A stretch of 64,000 nucleotides of DNA from Candidatus Woesebacteria bacterium (lineage in GTDB: Bacteria > Patescibacteriota > Microgenomatia > UBA8517). Below are positions 55,298 through 64,000 of the stretch, piece by piece. The translations under genes and the position numbers were made by a program. Positions within the stretch are counted from its first letter, which is position 1, and every line of letters starts with the position of its first letter. Location: positions 854,508 through 918,507 of the forward strand of contig OY970314.1 of assembly GCA_963716475.1 (NCBI GenBank), in the 5' to 3' direction. The notes under the pieces are model-generated. The model ran no database searches. It saw only the letters and a list, made by a program, of their open reading frames with translations, and had not been told where the DNA came from.

Positions 55298-57520
55298 CTA
55301 AAGGAGCGGATACTTAATGGTTGCGGAAGATGAAGCAATCGGGCATGTCAGACAATAAAGAGTTCCGTCGGGGTCGGTGTATGTAGGTTTGTTTTCTGTA
55401 TGAACTTGGTCGGGGGGGTCGGTTGGTGCCGCAAGCTGGCCCGTAGCATTATTTATTTGGACATCTTGATTAACAATATTTGACGTAGTCGGAACGGTCC
55501 CTGCTAAAAAATATTCAAACCTTATCGGGCACCCGGGGTTACCCGGATCTTGAGACGGAGGGGCTCCTCCCGTATCGGAACAAATTGTAGCTCCCACTAC
55601 CCCGTCCGGCTGTTTCGGCCAGGCGTGCCCCTTTTCGGCTGTGTCATATACCCCCTTTTCGGCCTTATCAAGAACCGCTTTCATTATTTTGTTCCAAATT
55701 GGGGATGCCCCCGAAACTCCCGAAACCGCTCCGCTCATTGGGGTGTTGTCGTTATTTCCAACCCAGGTAACAACTACCGCATCTGCGGTATAGCCGACTG
55801 TCCAGTTATCGCGTCTGTCATTTGTGGTTCCTGTTTTAACCGAGACCTCGGGGTGCCCCGAAACATTTAAGTAAGAAGAAGCACCAAAAGCTGCACCTCT
55901 GGCGTTATTATCCAAAAGTATATGAGAAATTAAAAATGTGACGGTGGGGTCGAGGACTCTGGTACCGGTAAGTGTGTTTTTGGTCGGATCGTATTGCTCG
56001 AGGGTATTTCCTTTCCAGTCCGTAACTTTGGTTATAGCAGTTAGTGGCTGCTCGATCCCCTGATTTGCAAAAACCCCAAACGCAACCGCCATGTCATATG
56101 GCCTGACAAGAAGGCCTCCCAGAGTTGCCGAAAGTCCGTAGTCTTTGGGATCGGTCAGGGTTGTTATTCCCATTTGTTTTGCAAAGGCGATAAAGTTGTC
56201 GACTCCATTTAGTGCCAAGACTTTGACGGCGGGAATATTGTAGGAATTTCCCAGGGCAAATCTCGCCTCGACTAGTCCGTGGAAAGTACCGTCGTAGTTT
56301 ACAGGGCAATATGTCGGTTGCCCGACGACGTCGAAACAGGTAGGTACGTCGGCAAGGGCAGTCGCGGGTGTAATTTTTTGGTCCTTAAGAGCGAGAGCGT
56401 AATTGAGAGGCTTGATGGAGCTTCCGGGTTGGCGTGAGGATAGAGTCACATTTACTTTTCCGTCCTCATCCGTTGCAAAATAGTCTTTTGAACCGACCAT
56501 TGCCAGGATCTCTCCAGTTCCCGGACGGGTGACGATGGCGGCACCATTTCCGACCTTTTGTTTTTTAAGTTTGCCGACCTCTGTGGCAACTGCCTGTTGA
56601 GCCAGCTTTTGGATATCAAGGTCAAGCGTAGTGTAAACCCTAAGGCCTCCTTGCTCCACCACTTTGTCACCGTATTTATTGGCAAGTTGTTCCTTGATCC
56701 AAAGGGCAAAATGCGGGGCCTGTGGTGGGTTAATTGTTGCGTAGGTCAAAGGTTCCTGATCGGCTTTATCCGCATCGGCCTGGCCAATATATTTATTGGC
56801 AACCATTTGTTTGAGAACCTCTTCCTGGCGGCCCTTTGCCAGTTCTGGGTGGGCACCGAAAGGAGAATAAGTTGACGGCGCCTGAGGGAGCCCGGCCAAC
56901 AGTGCAGACTGGGCGAGATCCAAATCTTTTGTGCTTTTCCCGAAATACGTTTCGCTGGCCGCTTCAATTCCATATGCGGTTCCTCCGTAGGGGATAGTGT
57001 TTAAGTACATCTCTAAAATTTGGTCTTTTCTGTAAACTCCCTCAACAATGATGGTTAGAACCACTTCCTGAGCTTTTCGTCTGATAGTTCTCTCGTTTGT
57101 CAAAAGTGCATTCTTAACCAATTGCTGGGTGATGGTCGAACCTCCTTGAAGCTGGTGCTTAAAGATTGTGTTGAAAAGTGCTCTGGCGATTCCTGTAACG
57201 GAAAATCCCTGGTTCTTGTAAAAATTTTTGTCTTCTATAGATATGGTTGCCTCTTTTAAATATGCCGGCATATCTGTTAGAGAAATGGGCGTTCTTTTTT
57301 TGTCAGTGTATATTTCATAAATCAACTTTCCGTTTCGGTCAAAGATTTTTGTAGAAACAGGCAAAGTCTCCGATGTAAGCCGTGTGGGCAGGGGAATTCC
57401 CCAAAAAAGGTAAACCCCGACGATTAGAATAACTCCCCAATAAATCAGGCCCTTAATTCCCTTTTTGGTTGTAAAAAGAGATTTGAGTTTGGGTTTAGTT
57501 CCGGAAAATGCCTTTTTCAT
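55298..57520 (-). CDS. Class A penicillin-binding protein
   Basis: IEDKNFY, GGSTITQQL, RQPGSSIK, SYN, KTGT. Confidence 0.95.
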   Translation of the reverse strand: MKKAFSGTKPKLKSLFTTKKGIKGLIYWGVILIVGVYLFWGIPLPTRLTSETLPVSTKIFDRNGKLIYEIYTDKKRTPISLTDMPAYLKEATISIEDKNFYKNQGFSVTGIARALFNTIFKHQLQGGSTITQQLVKNALLTNERTIRRKAQEVVLTIIVEGVYRKDQILEMYLNTIPYGGTAYGIEAASETYFGKSTKDLDLAQSALLAGLPQAPSTYSPFGAHPELAKGRQEEVLKQMVANKYIGQADADKADQEPLTYATINPPQAPHFALWIKEQLANKYGDKVVEQGGLRVYTTLDLDIQKLAQQAVATEVGKLKKQKVGNGAAIVTRPGTGEILAMVGSKDYFATDEDGKVNVTLSSRQPGSSIKPLNYALALKDQKITPATALADVPTCFDVVGQPTYCPVNYDGTFHGLVEARFALGNSYNIPAVKVLALNGVDNFIAFAKQMGITTLTDPKDYGLSATLGGLLVRPYDMAVAFGVFANQGIEQPLTAITKVTDWKGNTLEQYDPTKNTLTGTRVLDPTVTFLISHILLDNNARGAAFGASSYLNVSGHPEVSVKTGTTNDRRDNWTVGYTADAVVVTWVGNNDNTPMSGAVSGVSGASPIWNKIMKAVLDKAEKGVYDTAEKGHAWPKQPDGVVGATICSDTGGAPPSQDPGNPGCPIRFEYFLAGTVPTTSNIVNQDVQINNATGQLAAPTDPPDQVHTENKPTYTDPDGTLYCLTCPIASSSATIKYPLL

Positions 57521-57583
57521 TAGGAAGAGAGATTATACAATACACAAATTATACCTCAAACTTTTTTGATACAATTAGTTTGT

Positions 57584-58096
57584 ATGGAAACGATTGAACA
57601 ACTTGAAAAAAGACCTTGGTGGGAATATCTCGGAAGCGATCTTCAAAGGCTACTTTTAACCTCAGAGTTTATTTACAGAGATGTTGAAAGTTGGGGGGCT
57701 GACTTGCCCGGGGGGAAAAAGGAATTTCATGATTACTCATTTGTTGTTTTTCCCGCAGCAAAGGCTTACGAGGGATTTTTGAAGAAGCTTTTTCTGGAAT
57801 TGAATTTCATTACAGAAGAGGACTATTACGGCAAACACTTTAGAATCGGGAAGGCTCTGAATCCCTCTCTACCTAAGGAGCTTAGGCGTGAAGGTGTGTA
57901 CGATAAAATAGTGAGTTATTGTCAGGGTGAAGGCCTCGCCGAAAGACTCTGGGAGACATGGAGACTTAGTAGGAATTTAACTTTTCACTGGTTTCCGAAT
58001 GAAAAAAACGCGATAACACTTGCGGAAGCGGGGGAGAGAGTTGAAATGATAATTAGTGCAATTGATGAGTCGTTTAAAGAGTGTAAGATTTCATAA
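57584..58096 (+). CDS. Stand-alone RnlA/RNase LS-like HEPN protein
   Basis: DYSFVVFPAAKAYEGFLKKLF and Rx4H motif RNLTFH. Confidence 0.75.
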   Translation: METIEQLEKRPWWEYLGSDLQRLLLTSEFIYRDVESWGADLPGGKKEFHDYSFVVFPAAKAYEGFLKKLFLELNFITEEDYYGKHFRIGKALNPSLPKELRREGVYDKIVSYCQGEGLAERLWETWRLSRNLTFHWFPNEKNAITLAEAGERVEMIISAIDESFKECKIS

Positions 58097-58145
58097 GGAA
58101 ACCTTGGCCATGCACCTGATGAATGGTAAGGAAACCTTGGCCATG
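58094..58145. repeat. 19-bp direct repeat with 14-bp spacer
   Basis: TAAGGAAACCTTGGCCATG at 58094 and 58127. Confidence 0.88.
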
Positions 58146-58186
58146 AATTCAGTTTCTGAAATCATGGTAAAATTAAATAAAGACGA

Positions 58187-58834
58187 ATGGTTGCCAAAAC
58201 TACAATAGTAAAAAATGTTACGGTATACTCCGTTTATCTTGTTTTAGTTTGGGCGTTTTACCGTTTTCTCTTCCGACTACCGGATCAAGTTGAGGAACTT
58301 GTTGTTAAACCTATTCTTTGGTTAGTACCTCTATTTTGGTTTGCCAAAAAAGAGGAGCTTGGCCTTTCTTCGCTGGGGTTGACGTTTAAAAAACTTTTTC
58401 CTGCAATTTACCTCTCGATAGGATTAGGTGCAATTTTTGTCGGGGAAGGACTTCTGGCCAACTTTCTGAAATATGGCGGGTTTCATTTTGGGGCGAATTT
58501 GGGAAGCACCCCTTTTATGGCATCACTCGGCCTTTCGTTTGTTACGGCATTTTCGGAAGAAACAGCTTTCAGAGGCTACATTTTCGGCAGGCTTCTCATC
58601 GCTCTTAAAAGCGAATTAAGCGCCAATATCATTCAGACTCTTCTTTGGACGGCTATCCATATTCCGATTGCATTTTTTGTCTGGAACTATAGTTTATCTC
58701 AGGGCATAGTTTATCTTTTTATCACAGCCGTTTTTGGAATGGGCTCCGCATTTATTTTTGCGAGGACAAAGAATATATTTGGTTCTGTGCTTCTCCATGT
58801 CCTCTGGGAGTGGCCGATTATACTTTTTAGGTGA
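58187..58834 (+). CDS. CPBP (CAAX/Abi) intramembrane protease
   Basis: EETAFRGY, WTAIH, HVLWE. Confidence 0.88.
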   Translation: MVAKTTIVKNVTVYSVYLVLVWAFYRFLFRLPDQVEELVVKPILWLVPLFWFAKKEELGLSSLGLTFKKLFPAIYLSIGLGAIFVGEGLLANFLKYGGFHFGANLGSTPFMASLGLSFVTAFSEETAFRGYIFGRLLIALKSELSANIIQTLLWTAIHIPIAFFVWNYSLSQGIVYLFITAVFGMGSAFIFARTKNIFGSVLLHVLWEWPIILFR

Positions 58835-58840
58835 ACTTGA

Positions 58841-58872
58841 TCACGTTAGAAGCCGAAGGCTTCTAAGCGTGA
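58841..58872. repeat. REP-like hairpin
   Basis: TCACG-TTAGAAGCC-GAA-GGCTTCTAA-G-CGTGA. Confidence 0.7.
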
Positions 58873-58914
58873 CTTGACTTCATTTGAGTACATAAGTACC
58901 ATTGTACTTACCCG

Positions 58915-59541
58915 ATGTTGAAGAAGATTTTACTCGTTTTGTCGGTTTTTACCTTTGCTTTTGCCATTCTTTCGATTTCAATTTTACAATCAACTTCAAT
59001 TTCTTATTCATTTACGGCACAAATTTCGGAAACCTCGGTTCTGGGGACAGAGATTCCGGTGATTAACTATCAAATGCCGTTTGAAGGAAGAGTCTTACCG
59101 GACAGCCCCCTTTGGGTTCTTAAGGCTGCGAGAGACAGGATTTGGTATTTTATAACGTCATCTCCTCTTAAAAGGGCGGAACTTGCCCTTCTTTTTTCGG
59201 ATAAACGACTTGTGTCTGCTCAGACACTACTCGAAAACAAAAAACCTGACATTGCGATTTCCACTTTAGCCAAAGGGGAGAAATATCTGGAAATTGCAGT
59301 TGCCCAGGAGGCCATTGCCAGGACGCAGGGTTACGACACTTCTGAGTTTTTGGCAAGGTTAGCCGTCGCATCCCTCAAGCACAGGCAAATAATAGAAAGT
59401 TTGATACCATTGGCACCGGATGACGCCAAGCCGATTGTCATTAAAATAGAAGATTATTCAAAAAATTCATATAAGAAAGCCGGAGACGCCCTAAATTCCA
59501 AAGGACTGTCCGTGCCGATTGATCCGTTTGATGGGGATTAA
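58915..59541 (+). CDS. DUF5667-like protein
   Basis: LPDSPLWVLKAARDRI, SDKRL. Confidence 0.8.
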   Translation: MLKKILLVLSVFTFAFAILSISILQSTSISYSFTAQISETSVLGTEIPVINYQMPFEGRVLPDSPLWVLKAARDRIWYFITSSPLKRAELALLFSDKRLVSAQTLLENKKPDIAISTLAKGEKYLEIAVAQEAIARTQGYDTSEFLARLAVASLKHRQIIESLIPLAPDDAKPIVIKIEDYSKNSYKKAGDALNSKGLSVPIDPFDGD

Positions 59542-59765
59542 TTCGACTTATCGCTTCATTTTTTTATACCTTTTTGCAGAGTTTTTAAATTGTCGTTTCT
59601 CAATTACCGCAAAAACTTCAGGAATTGTCAAAAAGTTAGCCATACCTCATGCGTAAGGTGATATATTTTGTATAAAATCTTACTAGTTGACAGTCTAGTG
59701 GTAGTGTTTAACAATCATTGTCATCACTAATTGTAGAGTTTTTACTTTACATGCGTGAAATGTAT

Positions 59766-60200
59766 ATGAAATGTCCTTTTTGCGGTGCGGCCGACACAAG
59801 TGTTTTAGAAAGCAGGACGGTTGACGACGGAAGTTCGATCAGAAGGCGAAGGGAATGTGCAAAATGTGGTAAGCGGTTCACAACCATAGAGGAGGTAAGA
59901 AGAAGTTTTCTCTGGGTGATCAAGAAAGACGGCAGGCGTGAAGTCTTTGACAAAGAGAAGGTAAAAAGAGGTATCCTAAGGGCTATCGAAAAACGCCCGG
60001 TTTCACTCGATCTCGTTGATGACATCACCGATCAAGTTGAAATGGAGATGCTAAGAAGCGACAAGCAGGAGATCCCGACCCGTGTCATTGGAAACGCAGT
60101 TTTAAAGAGGCTAAAGAAGGTTGATAAAGTAGCCTGGCTTAGGTTTGCAAGCGTTTACCTTGAGTTTACTGATTTAAGCGATTTTGAAAAATTAATATAA
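59766..60200 (+). CDS. nrdR: Transcriptional repressor NrdR
   Basis: MKCPFC, IRRRRECAKCGKRFTT, VAWLRFASVY. Confidence 0.96.
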   Translation: MKCPFCGAADTSVLESRTVDDGSSIRRRRECAKCGKRFTTIEEVRRSFLWVIKKDGRREVFDKEKVKRGILRAIEKRPVSLDLVDDITDQVEMEMLRSDKQEIPTRVIGNAVLKRLKKVDKVAWLRFASVYLEFTDLSDFEKLI

Positions 60201-62645
60201 ATGGAAGCACAAACGGTTAAGATAAATAAGAAGGTTAAAGGTAAAAAATTTGTTTACAAAAACGGTGAAACAAAGATTTCTATAGACGATCTTCTCGCCC
60301 CGTCATACGAAAAGATAATTTTGGAGATAAGGAGAAAGGTCGGAAAAAGACCACAAATTCCTGCTGAACTTCCTAAAGGTGAATGGACGGAACAGTCTTT
60401 ACAAGTTTTGAATGAAAGATATTTAATGAAAGATGAGAGCCTTAAGCCTATCGAAGACCCGGAGGGTATGTGCTGGAGAGTTGCGTGGGAGGTAGCATCA
60501 GCCGAGGCGCGGTGGGGTGCGACAAAGAAGGATGTAAATGCGTGTGCCACAAATTTTTATAAACTTCTGATTTCACATCAGTTTTTACCAAACTCTCCAA
60601 CGCTTATGAATGCCGGTACGGGAAACGGCCTTCAATATTCCGGTTGTTTTGTTTTGCCTGTAGATGATTCGCTTGTTGGAATTTTCGATGCTGTGAAATA
60701 TACAGCCCTAATACATCAGACCGGCGGAGGAACGGGCTTTTCATTTTCAAGAATAAGACCTAATGGGTCTATCGTCAGATCGAGTCATGGAACGGCATCA
60801 GGTCCGGTTTCCTTTATGAGAGTATTTGATGCCGCCACAAATGAAATCAAGCAGGGCGGCAAAAGAAGGGGTGCCAACATGGGGATACTTCGCGTTGACC
60901 ACCCCGATATTATAGAGTTTATTCATTGCAAAGAAGAAGGTGGTATAACCAACTTTAATATATCGGTCGGTATTACGGATCCTTTTATGGAAGCTTACTT
61001 TAAGGATGAGGACTATAGTTTAATTAATCCCAAAACCAAGGAGGTTACAGGTGTTCTTTCTGCCAGACACGTGTTTGACGAGATTGCAGACGGGGCTTGG
61101 AGAACGGGCGACCCCGGACTTATTTTCATCGATAGAATAAATGCCGGTCCGGCAAATCCGATCCCGGTACTAGGGCCTGTTGAAGCAACCAATCCATGCG
61201 GAGAACAGCCGCTTTACCCCTATGATTCGTGTAATTTAGGAAGTATTTTTTTGGGGAATTTTGTGAAGAACGGGAAGATTGATTGGAAGAACCTGGGTGA
61301 AGTTACCCGGCTTGCAATCAGATTTCTTGATGATGTTATCGAAGTAAACCCCTATCCGATGGAGCAAATTAGAAGGATTGTTTTTAACACAAGAAGAATC
61401 GGGCTTGGGGTAGGTGGGTGGAGCGACATGCTTATTGAACTTGGCCTTCCTTTCGACAGTACCGAAGCCCTTACGCTGGCAGAGAAAATAATGAAATTTA
61501 TTCAGGACGAAGCTTTAGATGAAGACAGATTGTTAGCTAAAAAACGCGGACCATTTCCACTCTTTCCGATATCAATTTATCGGGAAGGTGCACCCCGTAG
61601 AAACTCCGCAATTACAACTATTGCGCCAACCGGATCTATTTCTATTATCGCCGGGGCAAGTAGCGGTATCGAACCTATGTTTGCAATCGCTTACAGACAC
61701 ATCGTTAAGGACAAGAGTCTTGATAGAAAAATGTCATTTATCAATCCTCAATTCGAGAAAGTGGCCAGAAAGAGGGGATTCTGGTCCGAAGAACTAATGG
61801 CTAAAGTTGCAGAAAAAGGAGTTATAAGAGATATAGATGAAATTCCGGAAGACGTTAGAAGAACTTTTGGAACAGCTCATGAAATAGATATTGATTGGCA
61901 TATTAAAACACAATCAGCATTTCAAAAATACACAGAGAACGCCGTAAGTAAAACGATAAACTTAAGACATGACGCAACAGTGGATGATGTTAAGAAAGCA
62001 TATCTTATGGCTTGGGAAAGTAACTGCAAGGGCATTACGATTTTTAGGGATGGAAGTAAAAGTGAGCAGGTGCTGAATATGGGTGTAAACGATAAAACAA
62101 AGGTAAGTGACGCGCCCGGGGAGACACAACTTATATTGGATAGACCAATGAGAGTAGACGGAGCCACATATAAAATTATTACTCCTCTAGGAAGTGCATT
62201 TATTACTGTTAACCAAGACTCTGAGGGTAATCCTTTTGAGGTTTTTATAACCATAGGAAAAGCTGGTAGTGAGGTTGCGGCAATGGCAGAAGCCCTTGGA
62301 AGAATGATTTCGACTACGCTCAGGTTTGGGAACCATCTTCCACCCCGTGAACGGGCAAGAGAGATTGTTGAACAACTCAGGGGCATTGGAGGGAGCCGTT
62401 CAGTCGGGTTTGGTCCCAATAAAATAAGATCCCTGCCGGATGCCGTTGCCAAGGCGCTCTCTCTTCATTTTGGATTTGAGAATAATGGGAATAATAAGAT
62501 ACCCGAACCGATTCAGGTCGAGAAAGCTCTTGTGGAGGAGGAAGCGAAAAAGATTGGCGACATATGTCCTTCCTGTGGTTCTCCTGCCCTGGTTTACGAG
62601 GAGGGTTGTGCCAAGTGCCACGCCTGCGGGCATTCTGAGTGCTAA
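60201..62645 (+). CDS. nrdJ: Class II (adenosylcobalamin-dependent) ribonucleotide reductase
   Basis: PNSPTLMNAG, QGGKRRGANMG, TNPCGEQPL, APTGS, FRDG, TSCPD-like domain, C-terminal CPSC...CHAC. Confidence 0.93.
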   Translation: MEAQTVKINKKVKGKKFVYKNGETKISIDDLLAPSYEKIILEIRRKVGKRPQIPAELPKGEWTEQSLQVLNERYLMKDESLKPIEDPEGMCWRVAWEVASAEARWGATKKDVNACATNFYKLLISHQFLPNSPTLMNAGTGNGLQYSGCFVLPVDDSLVGIFDAVKYTALIHQTGGGTGFSFSRIRPNGSIVRSSHGTASGPVSFMRVFDAATNEIKQGGKRRGANMGILRVDHPDIIEFIHCKEEGGITNFNISVGITDPFMEAYFKDEDYSLINPKTKEVTGVLSARHVFDEIADGAWRTGDPGLIFIDRINAGPANPIPVLGPVEATNPCGEQPLYPYDSCNLGSIFLGNFVKNGKIDWKNLGEVTRLAIRFLDDVIEVNPYPMEQIRRIVFNTRRIGLGVGGWSDMLIELGLPFDSTEALTLAEKIMKFIQDEALDEDRLLAKKRGPFPLFPISIYREGAPRRNSAITTIAPTGSISIIAGASSGIEPMFAIAYRHIVKDKSLDRKMSFINPQFEKVARKRGFWSEELMAKVAEKGVIRDIDEIPEDVRRTFGTAHEIDIDWHIKTQSAFQKYTENAVSKTINLRHDATVDDVKKAYLMAWESNCKGITIFRDGSKSEQVLNMGVNDKTKVSDAPGETQLILDRPMRVDGATYKIITPLGSAFITVNQDSEGNPFEVFITIGKAGSEVAAMAEALGRMISTTLRFGNHLPPRERAREIVEQLRGIGGSRSVGFGPNKIRSLPDAVAKALSLHFGFENNGNNKIPEPIQVEKALVEEEAKKIGDICPSCGSPALVYEEGCAKCHACGHSEC

Positions 62646-62661
62646 ATAAAAGAAAAAACTA

Positions 62662-64000
62662 ATGGGATCTTTGCGTCTAAAAAAAGTAGTTAAAGCTGAT
62701 GGATCTGAAGAGGAATTTCTTCCCGGAAAAATCTCCAAAGGGATTTGGTATGCGGCTCAAAATGTTGGGGGAACAGATGAGTCATTGCCACTTAAACTTG
62801 CTGATGAAGTAGTAAGTCTTCTCGAATCGAAATTAAACGGTGAAACCAAATTGCCAAGCTTTGTGATTGGAGAAGCTGTTGAAAAGGTTTTGATTGAGAG
62901 TGGCCATGCAAAAACCGCTAAAGCATTTATTATTTATAGGGAAAACAAGAAACATCTTAGGCAAGATAAATCTTCACTCGGGGTGATTGACGACATTGGC
63001 TTTTCCTATAACACACTCTATATTTTGAAACAAAGATATCTAAAAAGGAACGAAAAAGGGGAGACCACCGAGACACCCAAACAAATGATCTCGAGAATCG
63101 CAAAATATTTAGCCGGTGTAGAGAAAACTTCCGCAAAAAGGAATAAATATTTCAAGGAGTTTTATAATCTTATGATCAATTTCGATTTTCTTCCCGGTAC
63201 GAGAACAATCACCAATGCCGGTAAATCTAAAGCTCAACTGGCTAACTGTTTTGTCTGGCCGATAGCAGATGACATTAACGAAATTTTCAACATTCTTCAT
63301 AAATCGACAGTGATAAAAAAGAACGGGGGAGGATGCGGATACAACTTCTCTAATATCCGACCGGAGGGAGATAGTGTTAACGGGGTTCCCGATCTTGCTG
63401 CGGGTCCTATCAAAATGATTGAAATGTTTGATTTAATGACGTCTCTTTTCCGTCAGGAGGGTAAATATGAATCAGGGAATATGGCGATACTTAACGTGGA
63501 CCATCCGGATATCTTTAATTTCATCTCTGCAAAACAAACGGACGGTTATTTGAGCAAAACCAATATCTCGGTCGGAATAACGGATGAATTTATGGAAGCA
63601 GCAGTAAAAGGTGCGGATTGGAATTTAATTAACCCCAGAACCAAAGAAGTTGTAAATACCGTAAATGCCAAATCGATCCTGGACCTAATGGCTACAATGG
63701 CCTGGCAAACAGGGGATCCCGGAATAATTAACCTTAGTGCCATGAATCGTGGCACGGCCCACGCCAACCCCCTTCTTAAAAAAGAAGGTCCTATTTCTGC
63801 AACCAATCCTTGCGGGGAAGTTCCGCTATATCCTTATGAATCTTGTAATTTGGGATATGTGAATTTTGTTAAATTCGTGAGTGGCCAAAAATTTGATCTC
63901 CAAAGATTGTCAGAGGTGGTAAAAATTGCCGTAAGACTGATGGATAACGTTATTGATGCCTCATGGTTTCCGGTTCCTGAAGTAGATGAATCGGTTCGAA
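62662..64000 (+). CDS. Second class II-like ribonucleotide reductase with ATP cone (partial, runs off right edge)
   Basis: Not in the ORF track; frame 1 from ATG 62662: VVKADGSEEEF, NCFV, GGGCG, DHPDI, GDPG, TNPCGEVPL, SCNLG. Confidence 0.88.
   Translation, partial: MGSLRLKKVVKADGSEEEFLPGKISKGIWYAAQNVGGTDESLPLKLADEVVSLLESKLNGETKLPSFVIGEAVEKVLIESGHAKTAKAFIIYRENKKHLRQDKSSLGVIDDIGFSYNTLYILKQRYLKRNEKGETTETPKQMISRIAKYLAGVEKTSAKRNKYFKEFYNLMINFDFLPGTRTITNAGKSKAQLANCFVWPIADDINEIFNILHKSTVIKKNGGGCGYNFSNIRPEGDSVNGVPDLAAGPIKMIEMFDLMTSLFRQEGKYESGNMAILNVDHPDIFNFISAKQTDGYLSKTNISVGITDEFMEAAVKGADWNLINPRTKEVVNTVNAKSILDLMATMAWQTGDPGIINLSAMNRGTAHANPLLKKEGPISATNPCGEVPLYPYESCNLGYVNFVKFVSGQKFDLQRLSEVVKIAVRLMDNVIDASWFPVPEVDESVR

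Noticed and set aside
54411-56989. Identical ~23-bp stretch shared by the two PBP genes
   Set aside because: It encodes the conserved YGGTAYGI motif of paralogs; no evidence for a mobile repeat.
58094-58145. Mini-CRISPR
   Set aside because: Only two 19-bp repeats with a 14-bp spacer, and no cas genes.
59724-59739. Possible NrdR box TCACTAATTGTAGAGT
   Set aside because: Only a partial match to the consensus, with no clear second box; not enough to call.
1-64000. TGA-to-Gly recoding (code 25)
   Set aside because: Conserved genes are uninterrupted in code 11, and TGA is used as a true stop with ATGA overlaps (e.g. kbl, grx, transketolase).

Overview
This 64-kb window looks like chromosome of a Patescibacteria (CPR) bacterium, most like Microgenomates/Woesebacteria, in standard code 11. 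The taxonomic call is inferred from the VirB2-like pilin array, DUF5657/DUF5667/DUF4012-like genes, archaeal-type TPI and mostly leaderless genes. Left to right: a VirB6-like gene, a large Cys-rich lysozyme-like protein and eight tandem pilins; SpoIID-like protein; smpB-tmRNA-comF; a tRNA cluster (all four Ser isoacceptors plus two Arg) with a PD-(D/E)XK endonuclease islet and partial tRNA duplications; dnaG-rpoD; tdh-kbl; tRNA-Asn; epmA-efp; a probable cobalamin-riboswitch uptake operon; a glycolysis/pentose phosphate cluster; two PBP1A genes; a stand-alone RnlA-like HEPN gene; nrdR and two class II ribonucleotide reductases. The best candidate for an undescribed system lies downstream of tRNA-Asn (26034-28811). 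Three small integrase-free cassettes each end in a ~105-bp repeat. Each repeat terminates in the tRNA 3' core (C)(C/T)GGGGAGC, carries an extended -10 promoter aimed at the next cassette, and is conserved at codon level on the minus strand. Family names come from motif recognition, not database searches.
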